This document shows, in pieces, positions 9,763-18,874 of a stretch of 64,000 nt of DNA (the stretch's first letter is position 1; each line of letters begins with the position of its first letter). Origin of the DNA: an uncultured delta proteobacterium (GTDB lineage Bacteria > Desulfobacterota > WTBG01); assembly GCA_963793865.1 (NCBI GenBank), contig CAWCBP010000001.1, positions 896,001-960,000 of the forward strand, given 5' to 3'. The notes under the pieces are model-generated. The model saw nothing but the letters and a program-made list of their open reading frames with translations, did not search any database and was not told the DNA's origin. A program made the translations under genes and the position numbers.

Positions 9763-10779
9763 CTACGGGTTCAGATAAATGGTTGTGCCGCTTTTAGCCG
9801 CACGGGCGAGGGCATCCAGAACCTGCATGTTGGCTGCGCTTTCCGTGGGAGGATAGGCGAGCGGTTGCCTGCCCATGACCGCATCGGAAAAGTGTTCAAC
9901 CATGAGTTGATACGCATCAGCCGACGCACAATGATGCTGTTTGCCGGTTTCCTCCCGTTTGCCCCTCATGGTGAAACACGCCTCGTTTTCCCGGGGTATG
10001 AAGGCGTCATGCGGAAGTTCGATCACACCATCACTCCCGACAATGGTATAGGTCTGCTGCAGGGCGGTTACAAAGCTTGCCTCAAAGGTAGCAAGCACAT
10101 CACCCGGGAATCGAAGCGAACCGACGGTATGTATATCAACACCGGTTTGATGATACACCGACTGTGCCTGCACTGCAATGGGATTCACATCCAGAAGCCA
10201 GCGTGCGAGGCTTACGCCGTAACAGCCCACATCAAGCAGGGCACCGCCGCCCATTTCCGGGTTTAATCGGAAGATGTCCCGGCGGCTGAAAAGGTGCTCT
10301 TCCAGGTGGAAGCAGAATGATGTGCGAAACAGCGACGGCCTGCCAATGGCCCCGTCCGTGATCATCTTCTTAATCAGGAGTGTGCGGGGATGAAACCGGT
10401 ATGACCAGGATTCCATGAGCAGCAATCCCTTGCGATCGGCTGCCTCAGCCATTTCGGCGGCCTCACCTGCACAGCAGGCCAGGGGCTTTTCGCAAAGGAC
10501 GTGCTTTCCCTCCCGCAGGGCCTTGAGGGTAAACGTGTGATGGAGGTGATTGGGCAGGGGATTATAGATTGCGTCAATGTCCGGGTCGTGCAGCAGTTCA
10601 TCATAGCTGCCGTACAACCGGGCAATTTCATGTGTCTTGCAGAGCTCCGCGGCCGAGGCGGGCGAGCGGGTTGCCAGAGCGCGCAGGACGCCGTTTCGAG
10701 ACTTCTGCAATGCCGGTATGATACAGCAGCGGGCAATGGTCGCGTTTCCCAGAATGCCCCAGGCGATCTGATCAGTCAT
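9763..10779 (-). CDS. Gfo/Idh/MocA family oxidoreductase
   Basis: WGILGNATIA, YNPLPNHLH, GKHVLCEKP, GGGALLDVGCY. Confidence 0.9.
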   Translation of the reverse strand: MTDQIAWGILGNATIARCCIIPALQKSRNGVLRALATRSPASAAELCKTHEIARLYGSYDELLHDPDIDAIYNPLPNHLHHTFTLKALREGKHVLCEKPLACCAGEAAEMAEAADRKGLLLMESWSYRFHPRTLLIKKMITDGAIGRPSLFRTSFCFHLEEHLFSRRDIFRLNPEMGGGALLDVGCYGVSLARWLLDVNPIAVQAQSVYHQTGVDIHTVGSLRFPGDVLATFEASFVTALQQTYTIVGSDGVIELPHDAFIPRENEACFTMRGKREETGKQHHCASADAYQLMVEHFSDAVMGRQPLAYPPTESAANMQVLDALARAAKSGTTIYLNP

Positions 10780-12435
10780 CGGCTATCTCCACCGGGCAGC
10801 CTTTCAGGGCGGACTGTTTCGCCGCTTCAAGGATGGCAACCACCTTTATCGAATCGACAAGCGGGGCAGCCAGCGGCTCTCCTGTCAGGAGATGATCAGC
10901 CAGATTGCGGTGAAAAAGAAAATTTTCGCGCCGGGGCATGGCCAGGGTCTGATGGACAATGTCCCCGGAATGATGGCGCCGGTATGCAACAAGATCCGGC
11001 GTCATTTCCGTGGCAGGTATCGTCTGCTCCCGGAAGTAGAGCACGGGATCTATTGCGTACTGTGTCACGTCCTGCCAGCTGCTGACGATAGCCCCCCCGG
11101 TGCCCAGAAGGTACCACTTTGGCTTTCGCACCGCAGCGATATCGGAATGGATGAATTCGGCCTCCTTGCCGTCGGCAAAGATTACATGAACGCGCTCCTG
11201 ATCGGAATTGGTTACATCATGCCAGACCCGCTTATGCGCTGTGCCGGTAACTGATTTTACCCGTTCCGGAATGAGACCCACGATCCAGTCCAGGTAATGG
11301 CCGCCCCAGTCGTAGGCAGCGCCTCCTGAAACAGGCTCATGAGAATGCCAGTAACCGCAGGGATGTGAAAATCCGCCCACGAAGGTCTCCATGTAAAACA
11401 AATCCCCGATGATTCCCTCGGATACGGCCCCCTTGATGGCGCGGTAATCCACATCAAAGCGCCGGTTTTGATGGCAGCTGAGATGCACCCCTTTGTTCAG
11501 CGACATTTGGAGCATGGCGTCTGTTTCTTTCCGGCTCAGGGCAAGCGGTTTCTCGCAGACCACATGCCTGCCCGCGGACATCATTTGCAATGCCAAAGCG
11601 GCATGCGTATTGGGAGCGGTGGCCACGATCACCATATCCACGCCGGATCCCGCAGCAGATCATCTGCAGAGGCATACGTCTTCAGGTCCGGAAAATCGAT
11701 CTGTGCCTGCCGAAGACGGTCCGCATTGAGGTCACAGGCGGCAGAAAGGTGCAACCCATCTGTATGGCTGATGCCCAGGCCGTGCAGCTGACCGACAGAC
11801 TGGGGATACCCAAGGATGCCGACGCCGATGGATTTGCCGGTAAAAGCGTCATTTCCGGCACCGCCGGATAAAAACATCAGCAGGCGGTATAGAATCTGGC
11901 GGAAGCAGGGATGGTCATAGGCCCGCAGGGAGGTGCATGAGACCATGCCCTTATCTGCCTGTCCGGCAATGAGCACAGGCGCGCGCCGGTAATGCCAATC
12001 TGCATGCATGAGCACCCGGGTGCTGTCAGTTTCAGGAAGCAGGGACTGGTACGGGCCGGTACAATAGAATGAATCCGGCATGCGCCGCGCCAGGGGATGT
12101 CCGGCATCCGAAAAAACAATCCGCAGCTCGGCGGCAGCTTCGACATCGGTTAAACGTGCCCCGAAAATAGGGGGTAGCGACCGTTCATTCCTTTGGGCAA
12201 GGTAGAGCCAGCCGCCGCCGTGCCGGACAAACTCTGACAGGGTTGATGCTGCCGCCGCATCGCTGCCCGCCCGATCGGTTACAATCACATGATAGGCGCT
12301 CAGATCCGGCGGAAGGGAGCGGTTAACTGCCATGCTTACATGCGGCATGGAGCGAAGGAAGTCGAAGAAGTGATCGAATTCGGGCCTTGTCTCACTGAGT
12401 GCGAAGAAGACTGAGAGGGCAGGGTGTTTCAGCAT
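10772..12435 (-). CDS. ThuA-like (class I GATase-fold) domain fused to Gfo/Idh/MocA oxidoreductase, split by a 1-nt deletion near 11642
   Basis: LSEFVRHGGGW, HPLARRMPDSF; then VGILGY...DP[G]VDMVIVAT, HVVCEKP, HQNRRFD, YDWGGH; GAT CCG GC GTG GAT needs one base to join the frames. Confidence 0.75.
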
Positions 12436-12479
12436 GGAATCTTTCTCTGAAAAAATAGTGGTGTAATTCAGTGATTTAT

Positions 12480-12509
12480 AGTATAGAAAAAAGGGCTGAT
12501 GAGTGTCAA
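12480..12509 (-). promoter_or_regulatory. Putative sigma70 promoter for the oxidoreductase genes
   Basis: Minus strand TTGACA-N18-TATACT, 45 nt upstream of ATG 12435. Confidence 0.5.
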
Positions 12510-12534
12510 ATGAAATCTCTTTGTGGATGAGCGC

Positions 12535-13980
12535 ATGACAAAAAAAATTGCTATTGTCGGAGCGGGAGTGGGGGGACTGGCAACGGCTGCACGGCTGTCA
12601 TCCCTCGGCCATCAGGTTGAGGTGTACGAAAAACTTTCGGAATGCGGGGGCAGGGCGCATATCATCGAAGACCGCGGGTTCAAATTTGATACCGGTCCTT
12701 CCTTTGTGCTCATGCCGGATTTTTTCGAAGAGCTGTTCTCCTCATGCGGCAAAAAAATAAGCGATTATCTTGATCTGCAGGCGCTGGAATCAAGCTATAA
12801 AATCTTCTACGGTGACGGGACCACGCTATCCGTATATCGTGACAGCGAGCGCACCAAGGCTGAGCTTGAACGGATAGAGGAGGGGAGTGCCAGGGCGTAC
12901 GAAGCCTTTCTCAAAGATACCGCACAGGTTTACCATGACGTCAAACCGCTGCTGTATAAGTGCTTTACCAAAAAGAGCATTATTAATCCGAATTACTGGA
13001 GGTTGCTGCTTACCCTGAAGCCGTGGGAATCGTACTGGCAGAAGTCAAATAATTTCTTCAAAACAGACAAGCTCAATTACGCTTTTACCTTCGAGGCAAT
13101 GTTTATAGGGGTTTCTCCGTTTGAGGCCCCGGGATTTTACAGCATTATTACCTATGCCGATCACGTTCAGAAAATTTATCACCCCATGGGCGGAATGTAC
13201 CAGATTCCCCTTGCCATGGAAAAATTGGCCGGGGAGTACGGGACCGTATTTCAGTACGGCACGTCCGTGCAGTCGATAACACCCCGAAACGGCACCATTA
13301 CTCTTGCAACAACCCGGGGAACGGCATCAGCAGATGCGGCGGTCGTAAACGCGGATTATGCCTATGCGCAAGCTGATCTTCTTAAAAGGCGCGTGCCTCA
13401 ATTCAGCTATTCCTGCTCCGTGTATCTCATCTATCTCGGGTTGAAACAGAAACTAAAGGACCTTGAGCATCACAATCTTTTTCTGTCCCATGACGTGCGG
13501 AAAAACCTGAAACAGATATTCACCCACAAGCAGGTACCGGACGATCCTGCGTTCTACATTCACATTCCGACCCTCACTGATCAATCCCTTGCGCCTGCGG
13601 GCAAGGAGATCGTGTACATACTGGTTCCCGTGCCCAACCTGCAAAACAACAACCGGTCTTTTGCCGATGAGGAGGACCGGATCAGGAACGCTGTTTTTAC
13701 GCGTGTCCGCAGGGAGACGGGAGTGGATTTGCTGCCCCTGGCCGAAGTGGAGCATAGATTTTATCCCCGGGATTTTATAACCCGTTACAATGTCCCCTAC
13801 GGAGCAACCTTCGGGCTCAGTCATTCACTTTTCCAAAGCGCGTTTTTCAGGCCTTCCAACCGTGACGCCGGGATAAAGAACCTCTATTATGTCGGTGCCA
13901 GCACGCAACCGGGCGGAGGACTGCCTCCGGTCATTGCCAGTTCACGAATCGTTTCGGATTTGATTGCTCAAACAACCTAG
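12535..13980 (+). CDS. crtI: Phytoene desaturase family (CrtI/CrtN)
   Basis: IVGAGVGGLATAARL, FDTGPS, HPMGGMY, HHNLF, NLYYVGASTQPGGGLP. Confidence 0.88.
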   Translation: MTKKIAIVGAGVGGLATAARLSSLGHQVEVYEKLSECGGRAHIIEDRGFKFDTGPSFVLMPDFFEELFSSCGKKISDYLDLQALESSYKIFYGDGTTLSVYRDSERTKAELERIEEGSARAYEAFLKDTAQVYHDVKPLLYKCFTKKSIINPNYWRLLLTLKPWESYWQKSNNFFKTDKLNYAFTFEAMFIGVSPFEAPGFYSIITYADHVQKIYHPMGGMYQIPLAMEKLAGEYGTVFQYGTSVQSITPRNGTITLATTRGTASADAAVVNADYAYAQADLLKRRVPQFSYSCSVYLIYLGLKQKLKDLEHHNLFLSHDVRKNLKQIFTHKQVPDDPAFYIHIPTLTDQSLAPAGKEIVYILVPVPNLQNNNRSFADEEDRIRNAVFTRVRRETGVDLLPLAEVEHRFYPRDFITRYNVPYGATFGLSHSLFQSAFFRPSNRDAGIKNLYYVGASTQPGGGLPPVIASSRIVSDLIAQTT

Positions 13981-14002
13981 AATTGCAGGTCCTGGTGCCG
14001 CC

Positions 14003-14308
14003 ATGTCCAGCTATATGCTTGTGCTGGTTATTTCCGGAATCGTTCCACTGCTGGCCAGTTTTTATCCTCCCCTTCAGTTCTATAAACATGGCAGGGCTCT
14101 GCTGGCAAGCATCGCCATCATTCTTGTTGCATTCGGCCTGTGGGACATATATGCAACCTGGCGCGGGCACTGGCGGTTTGATTCCGCCTCTGTCTGGAAG
14201 TGGCGGGTTGTCAACCTGCCGGTTGAAGAAGTGCTCTTTTTTATCGTCATCCCCTTTTGCTCCATTTTTACCTGGGAGATTGTTAATTACTTCAAGAGAA
14301 CGCGGTGA
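14003..14308 (+). CDS. Lycopene cyclase domain protein (CrtYc-like)
   Basis: Hydrophobic about 100 aa; WDIYATWRGHWRF, LPVEEVLFF..P. Confidence 0.85.
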   Translation: MSSYMLVLVISGIVPLLASFYPPLQFYKHGRALLASIAIILVAFGLWDIYATWRGHWRFDSASVWKWRVVNLPVEEVLFFIVIPFCSIFTWEIVNYFKRTR

Positions 14309-14616
14309 TGAAAGAGTATACGCTGATTTCAGTCGTTGCGGTTGTGCTGACGGTGCTCATTGCCCGAAAAAGCGCATCCCGGCTATTTGAACGGCGGGAA
14401 TTTTTTATTTTCCTGCTTATCATACTGTTCTTCAAGTTTTTGGTGAACGGATACCTCACCTCACAACTGATTGTTATTTACAATCCGCGCTTTTTTCTGA
14501 ATGTCCGGATCGGCAGCATACCGGTTGAGGATTTCCTGTTCGGATTCAGCATGGTCACCATGACCATTGTTCTGTGGGAGCACTTCAAGCGTACCGCTTC
14601 ATCCCGCACGGGGTGA
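14308..14616 (+). CDS. Lycopene cyclase domain protein (CrtYd-like)
   Basis: NGYLT..IVIYNP..FLNVRIGSIPVEDFLFGFS; TGATG coupling to previous gene. Confidence 0.85.
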   Translation: MKEYTLISVVAVVLTVLIARKSASRLFERREFFIFLLIILFFKFLVNGYLTSQLIVIYNPRFFLNVRIGSIPVEDFLFGFSMVTMTIVLWEHFKRTASSRTG

Positions 14617-14672
14617 CAGTAGTGCACTTCCGCTGCCGACAGGATGGATGAAAGCAGTAGTGACTGTATGGG

Positions 14673-15569
14673 ATGCACATGGATGTGAATGCATATCTTG
14701 AAGAGAAGGGACGGTTAGTTGACGCCTGCCTGGATCGCTTGCTTCCTGACCGGGAAACCTTTCCCTCGTCTCTCCACCAGGCAATGCGATACTGCCTTTT
14801 TGCCGGCGGTAAGCGGATCAGGCCGGTCCTGGCATTTGCTGCTGCCGAGGCAGTTGGCGGAAACCCCGACGCGATAGTGGAAGAGGCGTGCGCGCTGGAA
14901 CTGATTCACACCTTTACGCTTATTCACGATGATCTCCCCTCCATGGATAATGATGACTTCAGGCGGGGGCTTCCCTCGACGCACAGGGTTTTCGGTGAAG
15001 CCATGGCAATTTTGGCGGGTGACGCCCTGCAAACCGAAGCATTTAAAATCCTCGCCTGTGGTTACACCCGGGGCGCGCATAAGGCCGAACACATGGTTGC
15101 CATAATAAAAATTCTGGCAGAGGCGTCAGGTTCCAGAGGCATTGTCGGCGGCCAGGTGGTTGATCTGGATTCAGAAGGCAAGACGATTGCCCCCGACCAG
15201 CTGGAATACATTCACAGCCATAAAACCGGCAGCCTGATTGCGGCCTCGGTGATCATGGGAGGGATACTCGGCGGGGCAACGCCGGAGCAAATCAGTCATC
15301 TGAGACGCTACGGTGAATGCATCGGGCTCGCCTTTCAGATCGTGGATGATATTCTGGATGTCGAAGGATCACAGGAAAAGCTGGGGAAAAGCACCGGCAG
15401 CGACCAGAAGAAAAAAAAGGCAACCTACCCGAGCATCATCGGCATGGATGGGGCCAGGAAGAAGGGGATGGAGTGCTATCAGCGCGCGCTTGATGCCCTG
15501 CAATCATTTGACGACCGGGCTGATCATCTCAGGGAAATCGCTCTCTACATAACCCAGCGCCAAAAATAG
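14673..15569 (+). CDS. crtE: Polyprenyl (geranylgeranyl/farnesyl) diphosphate synthase
   Basis: GGKRIRP, LIHDDLPSMDNDDFRRG, GQVVD, HKTG, AFQIVDDILD, KATYP. Confidence 0.85.
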   Translation: MHMDVNAYLEEKGRLVDACLDRLLPDRETFPSSLHQAMRYCLFAGGKRIRPVLAFAAAEAVGGNPDAIVEEACALELIHTFTLIHDDLPSMDNDDFRRGLPSTHRVFGEAMAILAGDALQTEAFKILACGYTRGAHKAEHMVAIIKILAEASGSRGIVGGQVVDLDSEGKTIAPDQLEYIHSHKTGSLIAASVIMGGILGGATPEQISHLRRYGECIGLAFQIVDDILDVEGSQEKLGKSTGSDQKKKKATYPSIIGMDGARKKGMECYQRALDALQSFDDRADHLREIALYITQRQK

Positions 15570-15670
15570 CCTGATGGGTATCTCCGTTCTGCCGGTTCAG
15601 CATGATTTTGTTGTGGCGTTACAAGCCCCCTCCCCATGAGCCACATTTAAATAAAGGAATCAATGACGCA

Positions 15671-16597
15671 CTAGTCTAGGGTCGTCCTCTCACCAAGCAA
15701 ATCGGATATGCATCCCTCAAGGGTGGGATACCGGAATTGAAATCCTCCGGCGAGAAGCTTCTGGGGCATTACCCTTTGGCCCTTAAGAAAAACATCTGCA
15801 AATTCCCCCAGAAAGGCCCGCATCAAAAACCCGGGTATGATTGGAAACAGCGTTCTTCTTCGCAATCTCCGCCTGAGAAGGTGCGTCAATTCCCGGTTGG
15901 TAACGGGGTTAGGAGCGGTAAGATTGACCGCTCCCTCAATAGTGCTCTTTTCGAGAAGAAATAAGATGGCCCTGGCACAATCCAGGGCATGGATCCAGGA
16001 AAACCACTGCCGGCCGTCTCCCCATCTGCCGCCGAGGCCGTAACGGAAGAAAGGCAGCATGTTTTTAAAAGCGCCACCATTTTTACCCAGGACAATTCCA
16101 AACCGGCAGAGAACCACTCGCACGCCACCTTCCCGCGCCTTTAATGCCTCCCCTTCCCAATCGACGGCAACCCGTGCAAGAAAGCTGCTGCCCGGCCTGC
16201 TCTCTTCAGTGAGCAGTTCGTTCACCGGGTATCCGTAGTAACCTACTCCCGAGGCGCAGATAAAATGCCTGTCATTCCCGGGACAGGATTTGAATGCATC
16301 AACGATATTTCTGGTTATATGAATCCTGCTGGTATAGATTTCATCTTTCACCGCCTTATTCCATCGGCGGAATATGGTGCTCCCGGCAAGGTTAATGATA
16401 ACCTGGTGTTCTTCAATCAGCCCGCGCCATACGAGAGGATTAAAGGCCTCACCTTCAACAACTGCAACGGAACTGCTGATGGCATTATGTTTTCTCTTCG
16501 CCGGAACAAGCATGCTGACCTGATGCCCGGCTTTAAGCAAGCAGGGGAGGAGCATGTTTCCGATGAATCCGGTTCCCCCGGCAACAAGTATTTTCAT
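15671..16597 (-). CDS. TIGR01777 family NAD-dependent epimerase/oxidoreductase (YfcH-like)
   Basis: GGTGFIG, INLAG, RFGIVLG, GDGRQWFSWIH, APNPVTN, GQRVMPQKL..GFQF.YP. Confidence 0.88.
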   Translation of the reverse strand: MKILVAGGTGFIGNMLLPCLLKAGHQVSMLVPAKRKHNAISSSVAVVEGEAFNPLVWRGLIEEHQVIINLAGSTIFRRWNKAVKDEIYTSRIHITRNIVDAFKSCPGNDRHFICASGVGYYGYPVNELLTEESRPGSSFLARVAVDWEGEALKAREGGVRVVLCRFGIVLGKNGGAFKNMLPFFRYGLGGRWGDGRQWFSWIHALDCARAILFLLEKSTIEGAVNLTAPNPVTNRELTHLLRRRLRRRTLFPIIPGFLMRAFLGEFADVFLKGQRVMPQKLLAGGFQFRYPTLEGCISDLLGERTTLD

Positions 16598-16741
16598 ACA
16601 TTTTCCCTATCAATGAGGACTTACCCGATCTTACCACATACCGTTCCCGATGTTCAAATATCTTTCGACCGGCCTTGACAACCGGCAGGTAATATTTTAC
16701 TTGTTTACAGGTTGTCAATTCTTATGAAAGGAGGAAGCAGG

Positions 16742-17884
16742 GTGAAAGCACACCGGACACTTATTATATTGTTTACCATTCTTGTATGCTGCGGACATGG
16801 CTTTGCGTCCGAGCAGGGGCAGGCGAAGGCTGTTTCCAATGATTCAGCCGTTAAACCGCCGGACACACCCAAACAGGATCGTCTGGAAAAGGCCGTCTTT
16901 GCGGGCGGCTGCTTCTGGTGCGTGGAATCGGCCTTTGAAGAAATTCCCGGGGTGAAAGAAGTTGTTTCAGGTTACACCGGCGGTTTTAAGGAGAACCCGA
17001 CGTATGATGAGGTTTCTTCAGGTACGACCGGGCACCGTGAAGCCATTCAGATTATCTTTGATCCGGCAACAGTAAGTTACTCCGAACTGCTTGAGGTTTT
17101 CTGGAGGGAAATTGATCCCACGGACCCGGGAGGCCAGTTTGTCGATCGGGGACAGCAATACACATCCGCCATATTTTATCTCAGTGATGAGCAGAAAACA
17201 CTGGCTGAACAATCAAAGGCGGCGCTTGGCGCCTCCGGAAGATATGACAAGTCGCTGGTAACGGATATAATCAAGGCAGGAGCCTTCTACCGTGCCGAGG
17301 AATACCATCAGGACTACCATGAAAAGAGCTCGCAGCACTATAAACAGTACCGCTCCAATTCCGGACGGGACGATTACCTTACAAAAACATGGGGTGACGA
17401 GATGAAAAAAGCCAGGACAAGCGGTACGTCCGGTACCTATCAGAAGCCAGGCGATGCAGCAATCAAGGAAAAATTAACACCGCTCCAGTACCAGGTCACG
17501 CAGCAGAGCGGCACTGAGCCCGCATTTGACAACGAGTACTGGGACAATAAAAAGGAAGGGATCTATGTGGACATTGTCTCCGGAGAGCCGCTGTTCAGCT
17601 CACGCGACAAGTTTGACTCGGGGACCGGATGGCCGAGCTTTACCAGGCCCCTTGAGCCGGGAAATGTCACTGAGCATGAAGACGGCAGCTTGTTCATGAA
17701 GCGCACGGAAGTAAGAAGCGTGCGCGGCGACTCCCATCTCGGGCATGTTTTTCCGGACGGGCCCGCGCCCACGGGGCTTCGCTACTGCATGAACTCAGCG
17801 GCGCTGCGCTTTATCCCAAAGGAGAATCTGGAAAAAGAGGGATACGGGGAGTATCTGAAATTATTTGAACCAAAGTCACAGTAA
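16742..17884 (+). CDS. msrAB: Secreted bifunctional methionine sulfoxide reductase MsrA/MsrB
   Basis: Signal-peptide-like N-terminus; [51 protein letters not shown] before GTG 16742. Confidence 0.93.
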   Translation: MKAHRTLIILFTILVCCGHGFASEQGQAKAVSNDSAVKPPDTPKQDRLEKAVFAGGCFWCVESAFEEIPGVKEVVSGYTGGFKENPTYDEVSSGTTGHREAIQIIFDPATVSYSELLEVFWREIDPTDPGGQFVDRGQQYTSAIFYLSDEQKTLAEQSKAALGASGRYDKSLVTDIIKAGAFYRAEEYHQDYHEKSSQHYKQYRSNSGRDDYLTKTWGDEMKKARTSGTSGTYQKPGDAAIKEKLTPLQYQVTQQSGTEPAFDNEYWDNKKEGIYVDIVSGEPLFSSRDKFDSGTGWPSFTRPLEPGNVTEHEDGSLFMKRTEVRSVRGDSHLGHVFPDGPAPTGLRYCMNSAALRFIPKENLEKEGYGEYLKLFEPKSQ

Positions 17885-17935
17885 ACGACCCGGCAGCTCT
17901 GCTGCAGGGCATCATATTTTTGGGTCATGTGGCAT

Positions 17936-17964
17936 GCAGGGGCGTATTGCACTACGCCCCTTTT
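17936..17964 (+). terminator. GC-rich hairpin plus T-tract after msrAB, REP-like
   Basis: AGGGGCGTA-ttgcac-TACGCCCCT-TTT, perfect 9-bp stem. Confidence 0.65.
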
Positions 17965-18036
17965 AATGCCGGCAATGCATCACATGGGAAGGAATCATGA
18001 TTCTTGCTAAGGGGGCGTCATGCAACCGGCAGCCCT

Positions 18037-18642
18037 TTAGCGGGAACATTTTACTCCGGTCTGGTTCGTCATCTTAAAAACGGAGAAGTCATATCCGTTT
18101 TGCTTAAGCCGCTCCGCGATCCCGCTCAGGGTTTCCTGAGGGAGTTCAGGGCTGCGGCTTAATATCCAGCCGTAGGTTCGTTCAGGATGACCTATGACCA
18201 CGTAACGGTAGTCCGGGTCGAGTTCAATAATCCAGTAATCACCTTTAAAAGGAAAGAAGCCGAGCACGGAAAAAAAGCCGACCTTCAGTTTTGCCGGGCA
18301 GCTCTTATCAACAATCCAGGCGCGACCATGTGCCTCTTTCACCGTTCCCTCCCTGGTGCAGCACCGGTTGACCACAGTAATCTCGCCGTTTTCAGTCAGT
18401 GAGTACTCAGCGGTTGATCCCGAGTCGCAGGCTTTTTGAAACCAGACCGGAATAGAGGCAATTTCATACCATGTGCCAATATAGCGGTTCAGGTCGACGG
18501 TATCGACCACCGTAACTTCAGCCGGGATGCTGTCCGATACAGCTGAAACCGCGGCAGCAGCCAATAACAGCAGACAGAGTAGCAGTGAAAGCATCAACAC
18601 ACCGGTTTTCATGCGATTGATAACGGGAATGAGAACACGCAT
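18037..18642 (-). CDS. blc: Bacterial lipocalin (Blc family)
   Basis: VDLNRYIGTWYEIA, AKLKV, GDYWII.LDPDY, WILSRSP; AGGAGG RBS before ATG 18642. Confidence 0.88.
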   Translation of the reverse strand: MRVLIPVINRMKTGVLMLSLLLCLLLLAAAAVSAVSDSIPAEVTVVDTVDLNRYIGTWYEIASIPVWFQKACDSGSTAEYSLTENGEITVVNRCCTREGTVKEAHGRAWIVDKSCPAKLKVGFFSVLGFFPFKGDYWIIELDPDYRYVVIGHPERTYGWILSRSPELPQETLSGIAERLKQNGYDFSVFKMTNQTGVKCSR

Positions 18643-18801
18643 TTGGGTTGCCTCCTGTTTGGTTTGCAATTGCTGTGCTGCAGATGTCATCAGTGCGGCA
18701 GCAGGATAAGATGGCCGAAGCCCATTATCTTCTATTCGTACATGATAATCAAATTAATAATACGGCGCGGGTGAACGGATGGAAGCGTTGAGGCTTTTAA
18801 T

Positions 18802-18830
18802 TTGACATGACACGCATGTTTTCATATAGT
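18802..18830 (+). promoter_or_regulatory. Near-consensus sigma70 promoter for the S51-CysRS fusion gene
   Basis: TTGACA-N17-TATAGT, 45 nt upstream of ATG 18875. Confidence 0.7.
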
Positions 18831-18874
18831 TACTGAACATTACATCCATTGCCGGCAACACTTCAGCGATAATC

